64,000 bases of DNA from Marispirochaeta sp. GTDB taxonomy: Bacteria > Spirochaetota > Spirochaetia > JC444 > Marispirochaetaceae. The translations under genes were made by a program, and so were the position numbers. The stretch covers positions 64,001 to 128,000 of the forward strand of contig CAXXFF010000004.1 of the NCBI GenBank assembly GCA_963676835.2, read 5' to 3'. A model generated the notes under the pieces. The model worked only from the letters and a program-made list of their open reading frames with translations. It was not told the DNA's origin and did no database searches. How positions within the stretch are numbered: the first letter of the stretch is position 1; the number at the start of each line of letters is the position of its first letter. Below are positions 38,308-49,326 of the stretch, in pieces.

Positions 38308-40086
38308 TCAGCGCAACGATCCGGGCAGAGGGCGTACAGGAACAGGTTCGGGAATATTAAATACCGTCTGATCCGCCGCTTCTCCGGCGGGAATCAACCC
38401 TCCCAGATAATCCCTGTCGGCATCGAATATTTCTGCAAGGTAATCAAAATCTTCGGGTTGCAGAGTAAGATGTTCATACTCTACAAGGTTCCTCAGGGTT
38501 TCATGTATTCCTGCCCGTAGAGAACCTTCAGAAAAGCGTACCAGTGATGGGCTGTTTTTTGCTGTGGAACTTCCCCGCACCGGCTCTCTGTCGGTAAGAT
38601 ACGCCGAGGTGGTTCCTTCAATAGCCTGCTGAATCCGTGGTTCTCCCAGCGGGAGAAATCTCTCGAGAATCTGAAGAAGAACAACCGCAAGCTCCTTCTG
38701 ATCATTCACTTTTACATTGGTGTATTCATGCTCCAGGGTAAACTCATGAAGCTTCTCCTCGATGAGACCGGCTGCAGGCAGAGCATGTTTGTTCTCAAGG
38801 CCAATGTATTTAAGCTGAAGCTGAATACCCGCACCTTTTTCTCCGGGACGGAGAATCCTTACATTCTCATTGCCTCTGCTCTCTATAATCGCAGAATAGA
38901 CCTCCCATGAACGGCGGAAGGCACGATAAGTTTTGTCCACCCGCTGACCGGCCCGGATAAGCCGCCGGTAAAGCTCCGTCAGGGAGCGGAGATTGGGCAC
39001 ATGTTTCTCACTGATAAGGGAAAATATGCTCTCGGCAATTTTCTCCTGAAGCAGTACCGCAGACCGGACCTGGGGAAGCGAGGCAAGCACCTTTCGGATT
39101 CCGCTGCCCGGCTTCTCGCCAGGTATTTTCAGTTTATACAGCCTTTCGGCCAGCACACGGATGCGGCTGTTCCGGGCATATACCGCCGCCCGGTACTCTC
39201 TGCGGGCTTTTTGAAGCTGTGCAGCAGCCTCCGTAAAGGCCCTGTTGCCGGAATAGCGGACTTCTATAACCGGAAAGCGCCTGCCGCAGATAAGTTCAAA
39301 AATAAGCACGCAGATTTCTTCCGCATCTATAAGGCTCATCAGATTGAGATTGTCACTTTCGGAGGCACTGATTATTCTGCCGAGAAATCCCCGTGTACGG
39401 ATTCTTCCCTGACTTTCAGCAGGATATTCCCCGGCCGCCCTGAGCCAGGCCAACCGGGCAGCCTCGGGAGAGACAGCCGCCAGTGAGTCCCGCAGGGTTT
39501 CAAGATGCTTTCTGGCAACTTCCGACAAGTCCAGGGTGCGGCGGACAAGACCCGCGCTGCGGTAGACCTCAATATCGTGTACCAGCTCTGCCAGCTTTCT
39601 ATCCCCCGTAAGGTCTATCAGGGCAGTAGATACTGCCCCCGGAGAGGCATCTGGATTTTCCAGTATATATTTGGCACCCAGGACTTTTCTTCCCGGAGTA
39701 TCAAGCTCTTCCATCTGCATATTGCGAACATCGGTAATCCTGGCAGGCAGCAGATCGAAAAGGTGTTCCAGGGACTGAAGGTCGTCGTCCTTTTCACCGC
39801 CCCGGGTAAGGTGATAGAGAAAGCGCAGAATCAGGGCAAAGAGGCCGGCAACAGCGGTGTATCCTGCAAAATAGACAAAAACCTGAACCGGTGCAGATTT
39901 TCCGTATCCGATAAAATAACCGCCCTGCAAAGCAAGGTAGGTTACCGGACCGGCGGTCCAGGCAAGCTGCAGAAGGGTCCTTCCGAGACGTTCCTTACCG
40001 GCGGCACCGCGAATTCTCCTGAGAATAGTCCGGGCCAGATCCGGGCTTGCCAGAGATTCTTCCCGCACAGGCCATGGTTTTATCAT
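38308..40086 (-). CDS. Hypothetical protein, two N-terminal TM helices and a large helical soluble region
   Basis: 592-aa open frame with its own promoter; no motif recognised. Confidence 0.65.
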   Translation of the reverse strand: MIKPWPVREESLASPDLARTILRRIRGAAGKERLGRTLLQLAWTAGPVTYLALQGGYFIGYGKSAPVQVFVYFAGYTAVAGLFALILRFLYHLTRGGEKDDDLQSLEHLFDLLPARITDVRNMQMEELDTPGRKVLGAKYILENPDASPGAVSTALIDLTGDRKLAELVHDIEVYRSAGLVRRTLDLSEVARKHLETLRDSLAAVSPEAARLAWLRAAGEYPAESQGRIRTRGFLGRIISASESDNLNLMSLIDAEEICVLIFELICGRRFPVIEVRYSGNRAFTEAAAQLQKARREYRAAVYARNSRIRVLAERLYKLKIPGEKPGSGIRKVLASLPQVRSAVLLQEKIAESIFSLISEKHVPNLRSLTELYRRLIRAGQRVDKTYRAFRRSWEVYSAIIESRGNENVRILRPGEKGAGIQLQLKYIGLENKHALPAAGLIEEKLHEFTLEHEYTNVKVNDQKELAVVLLQILERFLPLGEPRIQQAIEGTTSAYLTDREPVRGSSTAKNSPSLVRFSEGSLRAGIHETLRNLVEYEHLTLQPEDFDYLAEIFDADRDYLGGLIPAGEAADQTVFNIPEPVPVRPLPGSLR

Positions 40087-40127
40087 AAAAAAATGGTATC
40101 AGAAGGATAGAACAGACTCAAGTCAAA

Positions 40128-41954
40128 TCAAGTATAAGTTAGGTGAGAATCGCCCTCTTCGCTGACGGAGAACTTGCTGACTTCACCGGTGACAGTTTCC
40201 ACCGAAGAGGCTACAATTTCGCTGAGCTCTGCATTTTTATGTATGGTCTCCTTGATATCATCGGTACGCTTACTTATTTCCACCATGCCGCTGCGAACTC
40301 TGGAGGAAGCATCCTTGAGACGGTTCATGGAATCTGCAACAACAGCAGCACCGCCGTCGATTTCGTAAGACCCGGATTTGACCTTAACCGAAAGATCTGC
40401 AAGCCGCCCCAGGGCAGCAAGAACCTCTTCGCTTCCGGTGCCCATCTCGCTCATTCCATGAGTTATCTCACGAAATACATCAGCAACCTCTTCCACCTTC
40501 TCCTTGAGTAATTCGAAGGTGGTTCTGGAGTCGTTACTCTTCTCTTTCGCATTACGGACCCGAAGAACAATATCTTTGAGGGTGCGGGAGATACTGGCAG
40601 TATTGACTGCAGACTCCGCCGCAAGGGCACGGATCTCCTCGGCAACAACAGAAAAACCGCGGCCCGCATCACCGGCATGGGCGGCTTCTATGGCAGCGTT
40701 CATGGAGAGAAGATTAGTCTGGGCACTTATTTTATTTATAACCTTGAGCATCCGGTCTATTTCACTGATACTGTCCGCCACTCCCTGTACTTCGGCGTCT
40801 GTAGCATCAATCCTGGAACTGCCTTCTGCCAAAGCCTGTCCCATTTCCAGGCTGGCAGACAGATGTGTTTCTGAAGTTGCTTTAATACTGCGGATACTCT
40901 GGACTGTTTCATGTATAGTTGCCGACGACTCTTCAATCTCTGCCGCAAGGGAGACAAGCAGGTCATGGAAGATACGGATACTCCCGGCAATCTGAACCAC
41001 CGATGCCGCCGATGTTTCTATATCCTTATCCAGACTGGTCACCGCACCCTGCATACTGGAGACAGTCCCGGCCACATTCACCACGGCATTTTCTGTAATC
41101 TCCGTATTTCTGGCCAGGGAATCCTTATTTCTACCCAGTTCCCTGGTATGATATTTTATACCTTTAACGAGTTCTTCCATATTATGCAGCGCTTCTTCCA
41201 GGCGGCGGCATACCTGGCCAAGCTCATCGGACCGTGTGTAGCGGGGACGTTCAGTCAGGATTCCTCTGGAGAGGGATAGAGAAACTCTCTTCAATTCAGC
41301 AACAGGAATTCTCAGTGCCCGCAAACTGCCAGCCATAAGAAACAGTCCGACCATTAAAGAGAGCACGGAAGCTCCAGTTGCAACTCTCTCAACAAGGGTA
41401 AGATTACTTTTAAGACGGGTTACCGAATCAATAAGCCTTTTTTCCTGAATATGCACAAGCTGGTCTATATCCTCGATCAGTTCCGCCGAATGCTTGCGGA
41501 ACTCACTCTCCATAGCCCCGGCAGTCTCCGATTTACCTGCTTTATAGAGCTGGCCGATATTCTTTCCTTCCAGTGCAAACTGGCGGATTTTTTCCTTGAC
41601 CCGGCCGGCAGCAGATACAATTACCTGGTCGGAGCTCTCCATACTTCTGGCAAGAATCTGTTCAATCCCCTCCAGCCCGGGCTTTAATACCTCCTGTGAT
41701 TCAGCTATTGCTTCAGAGATCTCTGCACCATCTGTCATGGAAGCAATGGATGCAAGCGCACTTTGGGAGGTAAGTACGGCTTTTTCAATCGTCATACACG
41801 TAATGGTATCCGGCAGGACCTTACTCTGTATCATGGTTGCCTCAGCCCGGTTTCCGGCATTGTTTACCATCAGGAATCCTGTGACACCAACAAAAATAAG
41901 AATAAGAAAAAGGAATGCCATACTGAGTCGGGCAAGAAGAGACAGGTTCCGCAT
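40128..41954 (-). CDS. Methyl-accepting chemotaxis protein (helical sensor, HAMP)
   Basis: Two TM segments, DELG HAMP and [31 protein letters not shown] motif. Confidence 0.95.
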   Translation of the reverse strand: MRNLSLLARLSMAFLFLILIFVGVTGFLMVNNAGNRAEATMIQSKVLPDTITCMTIEKAVLTSQSALASIASMTDGAEISEAIAESQEVLKPGLEGIEQILARSMESSDQVIVSAAGRVKEKIRQFALEGKNIGQLYKAGKSETAGAMESEFRKHSAELIEDIDQLVHIQEKRLIDSVTRLKSNLTLVERVATGASVLSLMVGLFLMAGSLRALRIPVAELKRVSLSLSRGILTERPRYTRSDELGQVCRRLEEALHNMEELVKGIKYHTRELGRNKDSLARNTEITENAVVNVAGTVSSMQGAVTSLDKDIETSAASVVQIAGSIRIFHDLLVSLAAEIEESSATIHETVQSIRSIKATSETHLSASLEMGQALAEGSSRIDATDAEVQGVADSISEIDRMLKVINKISAQTNLLSMNAAIEAAHAGDAGRGFSVVAEEIRALAAESAVNTASISRTLKDIVLRVRNAKEKSNDSRTTFELLKEKVEEVADVFREITHGMSEMGTGSEEVLAALGRLADLSVKVKSGSYEIDGGAAVVADSMNRLKDASSRVRSGMVEISKRTDDIKETIHKNAELSEIVASSVETVTGEVSKFSVSEEGDSHLTYT

Positions 41955-42054
41955 AAAGCTACCCTCGGTATAGGAAAATCTGAAGGCAGTTTCTCAGTTC
42001 AGTGTTAGTTTTCTATTAAGTTTTTTTATTGAAATGGATAATTGACCGTTTTGC

Positions 42055-43059
42055 TCACCTGAATTTCAGATGAAAAGCTTTACGGATCATTTCTACTATA
42101 CGTAATGACTCAAGCCCGTCATCAAAAGAGGATACAGGTTCCGCCTCGGGATTTTTTACCAGACTTACCGCATCCGCATACATACCGCTGAAGTACCCGG
42201 TTACACCAAAGGGTGGGATATCATTTTTAAAGAGAGAGCGCATTTTATCGTAATAGGGAGACTCCCGGCTTTCCCATTCCTCGTAGATGCCGTTACCTAT
42301 GCGGATTTTTCCTGTCTCAAAAGAGAGTTCCACCTCAAAAACCACATGATCCCGTCCGCTGCCTACCTCTGCGAACACCGGGATACCCCTGCATTCAGCT
42401 GAGGCAAAGAGGGTTTTGCCGGATCGATCATTTCCGGCTTTTTTTACGTTACAAACAGAACCGGACAGGAGAAATGAGATTATATCAAAGAGATGGGTAC
42501 CGTCATACAGAAGTACGGCTTCCACCGGCCGCTCTCTTCCCATATACAGACGAGCTGTTACGGACCGGAGGGGTCCGAATTTTTCAGTCCGGATTATCTC
42601 CCGTGCCGCCAGATAATCCTTGGAATAACGTCTCTCATGGTTCACCACCACTCTGGTAGTTCCAGCAACAAGCTTTCTCTTCATTTTACCGGCCTGCCGG
42701 AATGAGTCGCTTACCGGTTTTTCCAGAATTACAACAGGAATCCTGTAATCAACCGCCATGTTCAGATAAGCCGGATGCGAATCGGCATGTGTACAGATAT
42801 GCAGAATATCCGGACGGTTCGCCTTCAGCATTTCGGAAGCATCATCGAAAACGGCATCCACACTCCAGCGTTCCCGGAACATATCCCGCCTTTCGGGGTC
42901 GGAATCCATCCCTGCAGCAATAAATGCCTCGGGATGAGCGGAAACGGCTCCGGCATGACTGGCGGGTTTCTCTCTGCGGCTGTCATCCTCCAGAAGAGAT
43001 GCTATTCGCCCGAGACCGATAATCGCACTGGAGACTCGTCCTTGTTGATTTTGATTCAT
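42055..43059 (-). CDS. Gfo/Idh/MocA oxidoreductase
   Basis: IIGLGRIA, EKP, NHERR and DGTH motifs. Confidence 0.88.
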   Translation of the reverse strand: MNQNQQGRVSSAIIGLGRIASLLEDDSRREKPASHAGAVSAHPEAFIAAGMDSDPERRDMFRERWSVDAVFDDASEMLKANRPDILHICTHADSHPAYLNMAVDYRIPVVILEKPVSDSFRQAGKMKRKLVAGTTRVVVNHERRYSKDYLAAREIIRTEKFGPLRSVTARLYMGRERPVEAVLLYDGTHLFDIISFLLSGSVCNVKKAGNDRSGKTLFASAECRGIPVFAEVGSGRDHVVFEVELSFETGKIRIGNGIYEEWESRESPYYDKMRSLFKNDIPPFGVTGYFSGMYADAVSLVKNPEAEPVSSFDDGLESLRIVEMIRKAFHLKFR

Positions 43060-43156
43060 ATTTGTAAAAACTTCCCTTTCGATAAGCAATTTAGTCTATT
43101 ATACTTTTTATATCTTGGGAATGAATACTAAATATTCACCCTTGTCTGGAGGAACT

Positions 43157-45346
43157 ATGAAAATCCGCAGTAAGATACTGTCAATCCTTATTACCGCACT
43201 TCTTGTTCTTGGACTTACAGCTTCTGCAGGGATTTTTTACCTCTCCAGGGGGAACACCCGAACACAGACAGAAATTACTCAGCAGCTTTCAGACTCCACC
43301 ATTCTGGATCTGATAACCATGAATGTTCAGGTCATATACAGCAGTATCGACAGCATTACCGAGAAAGCCCTGGAGGAAGCCGCGCTTTTTACCAGGCTTC
43401 CTGTGGTGCAGCGGGCCTATACCATAGCAGCCGAGGGAGATATGAACAATGAGGCATCACCCCAGAGTCAGGAAGCAAGGCTGCTTTTGCGGGAAGAACT
43501 GACTCCATTTGCCTCGGGCTACATGAATACCATGGGAGGAAAGCAGTTCCAGCTTCATTTTCACCTACCCAACAGCCGCAGCCTGATTCGTCTTTGGCGG
43601 AACGGCTACCAGGTTACCAGAAACGGGGAGAAGCTTGATGTTTCTGATGATCTCACAGGCTTTCGCGCCTCGGTGGTACAAATAAATCAGGGAAACCACC
43701 AGGAGATTAAAGGCATAGAAATCGGCCGGGGAGGATTTGCCCTGAGGGGAATTGCCCCGGTTGTGGACCAGTCCAACAGGCACCTCGGTTCTGTTGAGAT
43801 GCTCTATCCCTTTGAGGATATTTTCACCATTGCCCGAACCTCAGAAAAAATTCACATCGGCGTCTATATGAAGACCGACTTCCTTAATATCGCGACATCC
43901 CTTCAGGATTCTGATAAATACCCTCATCTTGACGACAAATATGTGCGCACCGATGTTACCAATCCTGCGGTTATCGATCCTCTGCAGGATTCGGCCATTC
44001 TGGATAAAAGCAGTGACGGTCTTGTCTGGAAGTATAACGGAAACTTTGTAATTGCAGCATTTCCCCTGCACGATTTCTCAAATACCCTGGTAGGCAGTGT
44101 TCTGCTTGCCTTTGATGTTACCCAGCAGTTGGGTCTTATGGCGAAAGTCCAGACTCAAACAGGCAATGCAAACAGCAGTCTGCTGTACACTTTTATTCTC
44201 GCCTTTTTCACCGGGATTATTATTATCAGCATTATTATCAGTATCTCAGTCAACCGGATGATCCAGCCCCTGGCGAGCCTCTCCTCCATGGCAGACAGTA
44301 TAGCTGCGGGAAATTTCAACCTGGACAGTGTTCATTTCAAATCCAAAGATGAAATCGGTTCCCTTTCCAGATCTTTTAACATGATGGTTGATTCCCTCCA
44401 GACCAAGGTACAGACCATAAGCCGTATCGCCGACCGGGACCTTACCGGTGAAATCTACAAGGTCTCTGAACAGGACAGGCTGGGAGAAGTTCTGATTGAA
44501 ATGCAGGATGCTCTCCATGGAGTAATCTGCAATGTAAATGAAGCAGTAGAACAGGTTAATCAGGGGGCTGACCAGATCGCAGTCGCGAGCGAAAGCCTCT
44601 CCCAGGGCACGACACAGCAGGCCAGCTCGATTGAAGAGATATCCTCCACCCTGGTTGAAATCAGCGCGCAGTCCAAACAGAATGCCGAGGAATCCCTCGA
44701 AGCGGACAGTCTCTCCCGCAAGACCGCCGATGCAGCTCGGGCGGGAAGCATAAAAATTGTGGAACTCAATGACGCCATGAAGCGGATCAACACCTCATCC
44801 GATCAGATCCGCACGGTGGTCAAGGTTATCGATGACATTGCTTTTCAGATTAACCTCCTGGCACTTAACGCCAATGTGGAAGCAGCCCGGGCAGGGAAGT
44901 ACGGACGTGGATTTTCAGTGGTGGCTGAAGAGGTCAGAAATCTGGCCAACAGATCTGCCGAGGCGGTAAAACAGACAACACAAATGGTGGAAGAATCTGT
45001 ACAGAATATTTCCGAGGGAACAAAAGCCGCCGAAGAGATGGAAGTCCAGCTCCAGGAGATTCTTAAAGGTGTCGGCTCTGTCGCAGAAGTACTGCAGGGA
45101 ATTGCAACATCGAGCAAAGAGCAGTCCACCGCCATCGAACAGATTTCAGAGGGACTGCATCAGATTGAAGATGTAACCCAGGCCAGCACTGCCGGAGCAG
45201 AACAGACAGCATCCATTTCACAGGAGCTTGCCGGACAGGCACAGGGCTTACGAGAGATCGTCAACCAGTTTATTATTGATCAGGGAACCTGCGGGGGCGT
45301 GGCTACTGCTCTTCTTGAAGAGCCAGACCTTCCCGAAAAATATTGA
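43157..45346 (+). CDS. Methyl-accepting chemotaxis protein with dCache_3-like sensor
   Basis: LHFHLP..RSLIR, DDLTGFR, GIEIGRGG, HAMP and FQINLLALNANVEAARAG motifs. Confidence 0.93.
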   Translation: MKIRSKILSILITALLVLGLTASAGIFYLSRGNTRTQTEITQQLSDSTILDLITMNVQVIYSSIDSITEKALEEAALFTRLPVVQRAYTIAAEGDMNNEASPQSQEARLLLREELTPFASGYMNTMGGKQFQLHFHLPNSRSLIRLWRNGYQVTRNGEKLDVSDDLTGFRASVVQINQGNHQEIKGIEIGRGGFALRGIAPVVDQSNRHLGSVEMLYPFEDIFTIARTSEKIHIGVYMKTDFLNIATSLQDSDKYPHLDDKYVRTDVTNPAVIDPLQDSAILDKSSDGLVWKYNGNFVIAAFPLHDFSNTLVGSVLLAFDVTQQLGLMAKVQTQTGNANSSLLYTFILAFFTGIIIISIIISISVNRMIQPLASLSSMADSIAAGNFNLDSVHFKSKDEIGSLSRSFNMMVDSLQTKVQTISRIADRDLTGEIYKVSEQDRLGEVLIEMQDALHGVICNVNEAVEQVNQGADQIAVASESLSQGTTQQASSIEEISSTLVEISAQSKQNAEESLEADSLSRKTADAARAGSIKIVELNDAMKRINTSSDQIRTVVKVIDDIAFQINLLALNANVEAARAGKYGRGFSVVAEEVRNLANRSAEAVKQTTQMVEESVQNISEGTKAAEEMEVQLQEILKGVGSVAEVLQGIATSSKEQSTAIEQISEGLHQIEDVTQASTAGAEQTASISQELAGQAQGLREIVNQFIIDQGTCGGVATALLEEPDLPEKY

Positions 45347-46337
45347 GCATCGCAACAAGAATACTGGCAATAACCGGGCCCACAATAAAGCCCATAATGC
45401 CGAACACCGCAAGTCCCCCCAGGGAGGCAACGAAAACCAGCAGGTCGTGAAGCTTTGCATCCTTCCCGACAAGACGGGGCCGGAGAAGATAGTCCGCCCC
45501 GTAGCTGACAGCAGTTGCCATTATCAGCACAAAAACCGCCTGTACAACATGTCCCGTGGAAAATAGCCAGAGTGCAGCGGGAACCATGATAAAATAGGAG
45601 CCTACCAGGGGAATAATCGAAAGAACTGTCATGACCACTCCCCAGAGAATCCAGGCTTTTATTCCAACAATCAGAAAAGTAACCGCCCCGAGAATCCCCT
45701 GAATGATCCCGATAATGAGAGTTGCAGAAACCGCTGCTTTACTGGTACGGCGGAACTCTTCAGCGACCCGTTCCACATGCCGCTCTTCCATGGGCAGGGC
45801 CTGCTTCAGACCATCAAGCATAAGATCTCCATCTTTGAGGAAAAAGAACATGGAGAAAAATATAATAAAACTGTCCGCCACGGCGGAAATGAGACCTGCG
45901 GAGGTCCGGTTTACCAGATCCGTTGCCAGAGAAGCAGTTTGAGAGAGTCCCCGGCTGGCCATGGAAGCCCAGTCCACCTTGCTGAAATCAAACCGCTGCA
46001 GAAGCGACCAGTCCTGAACTGATGATATTATTGCCCCTATACCCGGATCCCGCAGGTAATCCCGCAGGGCGCTGTAGACATCTATTGCCTGAAGAACGAG
46101 CATCTGAGCTACCAGATAAACAGGAACCGCCACCAGGACAAAGATAAGAACCGTAGTAGAAAGGGCTGCCGGAGCCCGCCGGTTTTTCCAGACCTTCAGG
46201 AATTTATTATGCAGGGGAGTAAATAGATTGGCTGCGGTAAGGGCTACAACAATGGGAACAAAGAAAAACCGGGCTACATACCCGAATAAAACCAGCGCGG
46301 CAATAAGAATTATCAGCAGAATTGTCCTGTTTTCCAT
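45303..46337 (-). CDS. AI-2E (PerM) family transporter
   Basis: FFFLKDG, IIQG, IPLVG, LRPRLVG and FGIMGFIVGP motifs. Confidence 0.92.
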   Translation of the reverse strand: MENRTILLIILIAALVLFGYVARFFFVPIVVALTAANLFTPLHNKFLKVWKNRRAPAALSTTVLIFVLVAVPVYLVAQMLVLQAIDVYSALRDYLRDPGIGAIISSVQDWSLLQRFDFSKVDWASMASRGLSQTASLATDLVNRTSAGLISAVADSFIIFFSMFFFLKDGDLMLDGLKQALPMEERHVERVAEEFRRTSKAAVSATLIIGIIQGILGAVTFLIVGIKAWILWGVVMTVLSIIPLVGSYFIMVPAALWLFSTGHVVQAVFVLIMATAVSYGADYLLRPRLVGKDAKLHDLLVFVASLGGLAVFGIMGFIVGPVIASILVAMLNIFREGLALQEEQ

Positions 46338-46414
46338 GCCTTAAATGATGCCGAAAAAGAGTGGATTTAACAAGATCATTCGACAAGCGCCCTGGAAAGT
46401 ATTAGCCTTAGAGT

Positions 46415-47359
46415 ATGGAAACAGTGCATTGGGGCGTCGTAGGCGCCGGCCGGATCTGTGAAAGAATGTCCGGCCCCCCTCTTTACCTGGTAAACGACTC
46501 ATCCCTGGAACTGGTACACCGCCGGAGCAGGGAAGAAGGTGAGGAGTTTGTTATCCGGCATGGTCATGGGCGCTACCTGGACAGTTTCGATGCCCTGATC
46601 AATGATGAATCTGTAGATGCAGTATATATAGCAACGCCCCATCTGCTGCATGAAGATCAGGCAATTGCCGCCCTTAAGGCGGGGAAGCATGTCCTTGTGG
46701 AAACCCCAATGGGCGGAAATTCCGCATCGTGCCTGCGAATGACAGAAGCCGCTGCTCAATGGGGAAAACTTCTGGGAACCGCTTTCTACCGCCGGGGCTA
46801 TCCGTCGGTACAGAAGCTCAAGGCAGTGCTTCAGACCGGGCTGATCGGGCCTCCCATTGCCGCCTCCATAAACGCAGAGATGCCTACATCCCACAGAATA
46901 GACCTTATCCGCTACATTCTGGGCGATATAAGCGAAGTACGCCGAGACCAGGGCAGCCCCATTGACGGCTTTCCCTCCCCGGCTCCGCTGCTCAACATGA
47001 CTACCAGTACCGGTGTGAGCATAAACATGCAGGAGCAGTGGCTGGAAACCGGAATGCCCGAGAGTATGATGGTGGAAGGTGAAGACGGAATTATCTATCT
47101 GCAGGATATAAAGGGAGGAGAACTGCTGGTTCTCGCCCGGGGAGGCGAGGAAAAACTGCAGCTTTCCGTTCCGGGTCTCCCCTTTACCCACTGGGCACTG
47201 ATAGAAAACTTTGTGAGTGTTTTAACCGAGGGAGGAGAACTCCTCTGCCCCGGTACAGAAGGAGTGAAAACAGCCCGGGTTCTTGAAGCCATGGAGTCAG
47301 CAGAAACCGGCGGGCCGATGATAAGTATTACAGACAGGAAATCCGGCTTAAAGATTTAA
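46415..47359 (+). CDS. Gfo/Idh/MocA oxidoreductase
   Basis: WGVVGAGRI, AVYIATP, GKHVLVETP and AFYRR motifs. Confidence 0.85.
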   Translation: METVHWGVVGAGRICERMSGPPLYLVNDSSLELVHRRSREEGEEFVIRHGHGRYLDSFDALINDESVDAVYIATPHLLHEDQAIAALKAGKHVLVETPMGGNSASCLRMTEAAAQWGKLLGTAFYRRGYPSVQKLKAVLQTGLIGPPIAASINAEMPTSHRIDLIRYILGDISEVRRDQGSPIDGFPSPAPLLNMTTSTGVSINMQEQWLETGMPESMMVEGEDGIIYLQDIKGGELLVLARGGEEKLQLSVPGLPFTHWALIENFVSVLTEGGELLCPGTEGVKTARVLEAMESAETGGPMISITDRKSGLKI

Positions 47360-47454
47360 TCGATTCTGTACTTTGAGACAGTCTTCTCGTTAAGTTCGAT
47401 CCATGGTCCCTGGAATCCACAGAATCTAAAAGAAATAAATAACAAAAGAACAGG

Positions 47455-48545
47455 TCACTCCTGACGATGATGAAAAATGTCTTCATCATATTTCCGGCTG
47501 GTCTGTTTCTGGTATTCCTTCGGCGTTGTTCCAAGAATCTGCTTGAAAGCTGCAAAAAACCGCTGTTCAGATGTAAATCCAGCCTGTTTTGCAATATCTT
47601 TTATTCCGGTATTCTCATCTCTCAGTAGTCTGCAGGCAAAGCGGATTCGATTCTGCAGAACCATTTCGTACATGGTTTTGCCTGTAGCCTTTTTAAAATG
47701 GATCTCCATACTGCGGCGGGAAACAGGAAATCTCGAAGAAAGCTCTCCGATGCTTTTCATCTGTAATGCTTCTTCCTGAATTAATTTCATAATTTCCGCA
47801 ACCAGTGAATCCTGAAAAGCATAGCTTCTACTGGATTCACGCTGAACAATTTCTCCGGGAATTGTTTCGGTTATTGCATCGGGAACATTTCTTTCGGGAA
47901 GATTCTCCAGTACATTTGCAAGGACAAGACCTATCCTGCCGTAGTCTGCTTTTACCGATGATAAGGTCACAGGGGTCATCTCACAACACACTTCATCATT
48001 CCCTATACCAAGTACAGAAATGTTATCCGGAACTGATACATGCTGTCTCCGGCACAAATCGAGTACTCTGACCCCAAGAGAATCATTGGCTGCAATAACA
48101 GCTGCGGGCTTTGGAAGGTGTTCCAGAAAAGAAGAAAGTGCCTTACTGTTTTGTATGGTAGAACCTGAAAAACTGAAAATACCTGGATCCTTTGATGACC
48201 CCGCACCAAGCCCCGCTTAAATCCCCTTAGAAGATCAGATTCAAATTGGCGGCCAGCTCCTGCTATATAGGCAAAGGAGATAGCGCCGCTGGACTTGAAA
48301 TAATTCCCGGCGGCCAGACCGAGGGGAGAAAAATCATAGTGTACCGGCAGCTGCAGTCCTGCTGCGGGAAGAGTGATAACGGACTTCATTGAACCGATCT
48401 GCACAACCGCATCTGCCATCAACGGATCTAATAGATCCCGGGAATAAAGCCGCCAGTTCTGCTTTTTGCGCGAGTAACTTAAAAATTTTTGAAGTATATT
48501 CCTGACGCCTGAACCATCCGGTTCAGGGATAAGGAGAATTTTCAT
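47455..48545 (-). pseudogene. XylR-type (LacI sensor + AraC HTH) regulator, frameshifted near 48211-48215
   Basis: Frame A reads MKILL...GFKRG; frame B continues LGAG...HLPKPAAVIAAND...VPDNISVLGIGND...LSSV... and the AraC HTH. One extra G in a G4 run restores a single ORF. Confidence 0.75.
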
Positions 48546-48690
48546 GAGAGTCAGTATACATCGCGGCATATAAAGGTGCACTATTAATTGCACACAAAAT
48601 TTGTCCAGCCTGCAAAATCCTTCATTTATAGTTACAGTGATGAAAATTTTTAGTATTTTTACCCCATCTCTTTGTTTATCCGGAGGTTTT

Positions 48691-49326
48691 ATGGTACGGA
48701 TAATGCGTATGCCTCTCTTTCCCCTGCAGATGGTACTTCTTCCGGGGATTCCTGCTGTTCTTCATATTTTTGAGCCCCGTTACAGAAGGATGATCCGCAG
48801 CTGTATCGAGGAAAAGGAAGATTTCGGCATTGTGCTCTATCAGGGAGAGACCATTGCAAAAACCGGATGTACTGCTTCCATAGAAGGGGTAATTACCGAA
48901 TATCCCGATGGACGCTTTGATATTCTTGTTGCCGGCCGTGAACGCTTTAAGGTCAACAAGTTTATAGAGGACAAAGATTATCTGGAAGCTGAAGTAGAAC
49001 TCTTCAGCGACACCCCTGCCTACGGCCTTACAAACCTCAAAAAAGAGGCTGCCGAAGGTATGCTCACATTGTCCAGTCTGGAGGATTTTCCCGTGGAGAG
49101 TCAGAATCTGCTGAACCTTACTGCGGAGGATACATCCCTGCTTCTTGCCGGTACAGAACTTTTTACCACAGAAGAAAAACAGGAACATCTGGAATCGACC
49201 GATACAGTTGGAAGACTTGAACGCATAAACAAGCGCCTGAAGGAAAGAATCCGCCGCCGCAGGGCCATGAAAAAGGTGGAAGACCTTCTCGGAGGAGCTG
49301 TGGATTTTACTGTTCTAAGGAACTGA
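48691..49326 (+). CDS. LON peptidase substrate-binding (N-terminal) domain protein
   Basis: PLFPL..VLLPG...LHIFEPRY and DGRFDILVAGRERF motifs; ATG after GGAGG. Confidence 0.88.
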   Translation: MVRIMRMPLFPLQMVLLPGIPAVLHIFEPRYRRMIRSCIEEKEDFGIVLYQGETIAKTGCTASIEGVITEYPDGRFDILVAGRERFKVNKFIEDKDYLEAEVELFSDTPAYGLTNLKKEAAEGMLTLSSLEDFPVESQNLLNLTAEDTSLLLAGTELFTTEEKQEHLESTDTVGRLERINKRLKERIRRRRAMKKVEDLLGGAVDFTVLRN

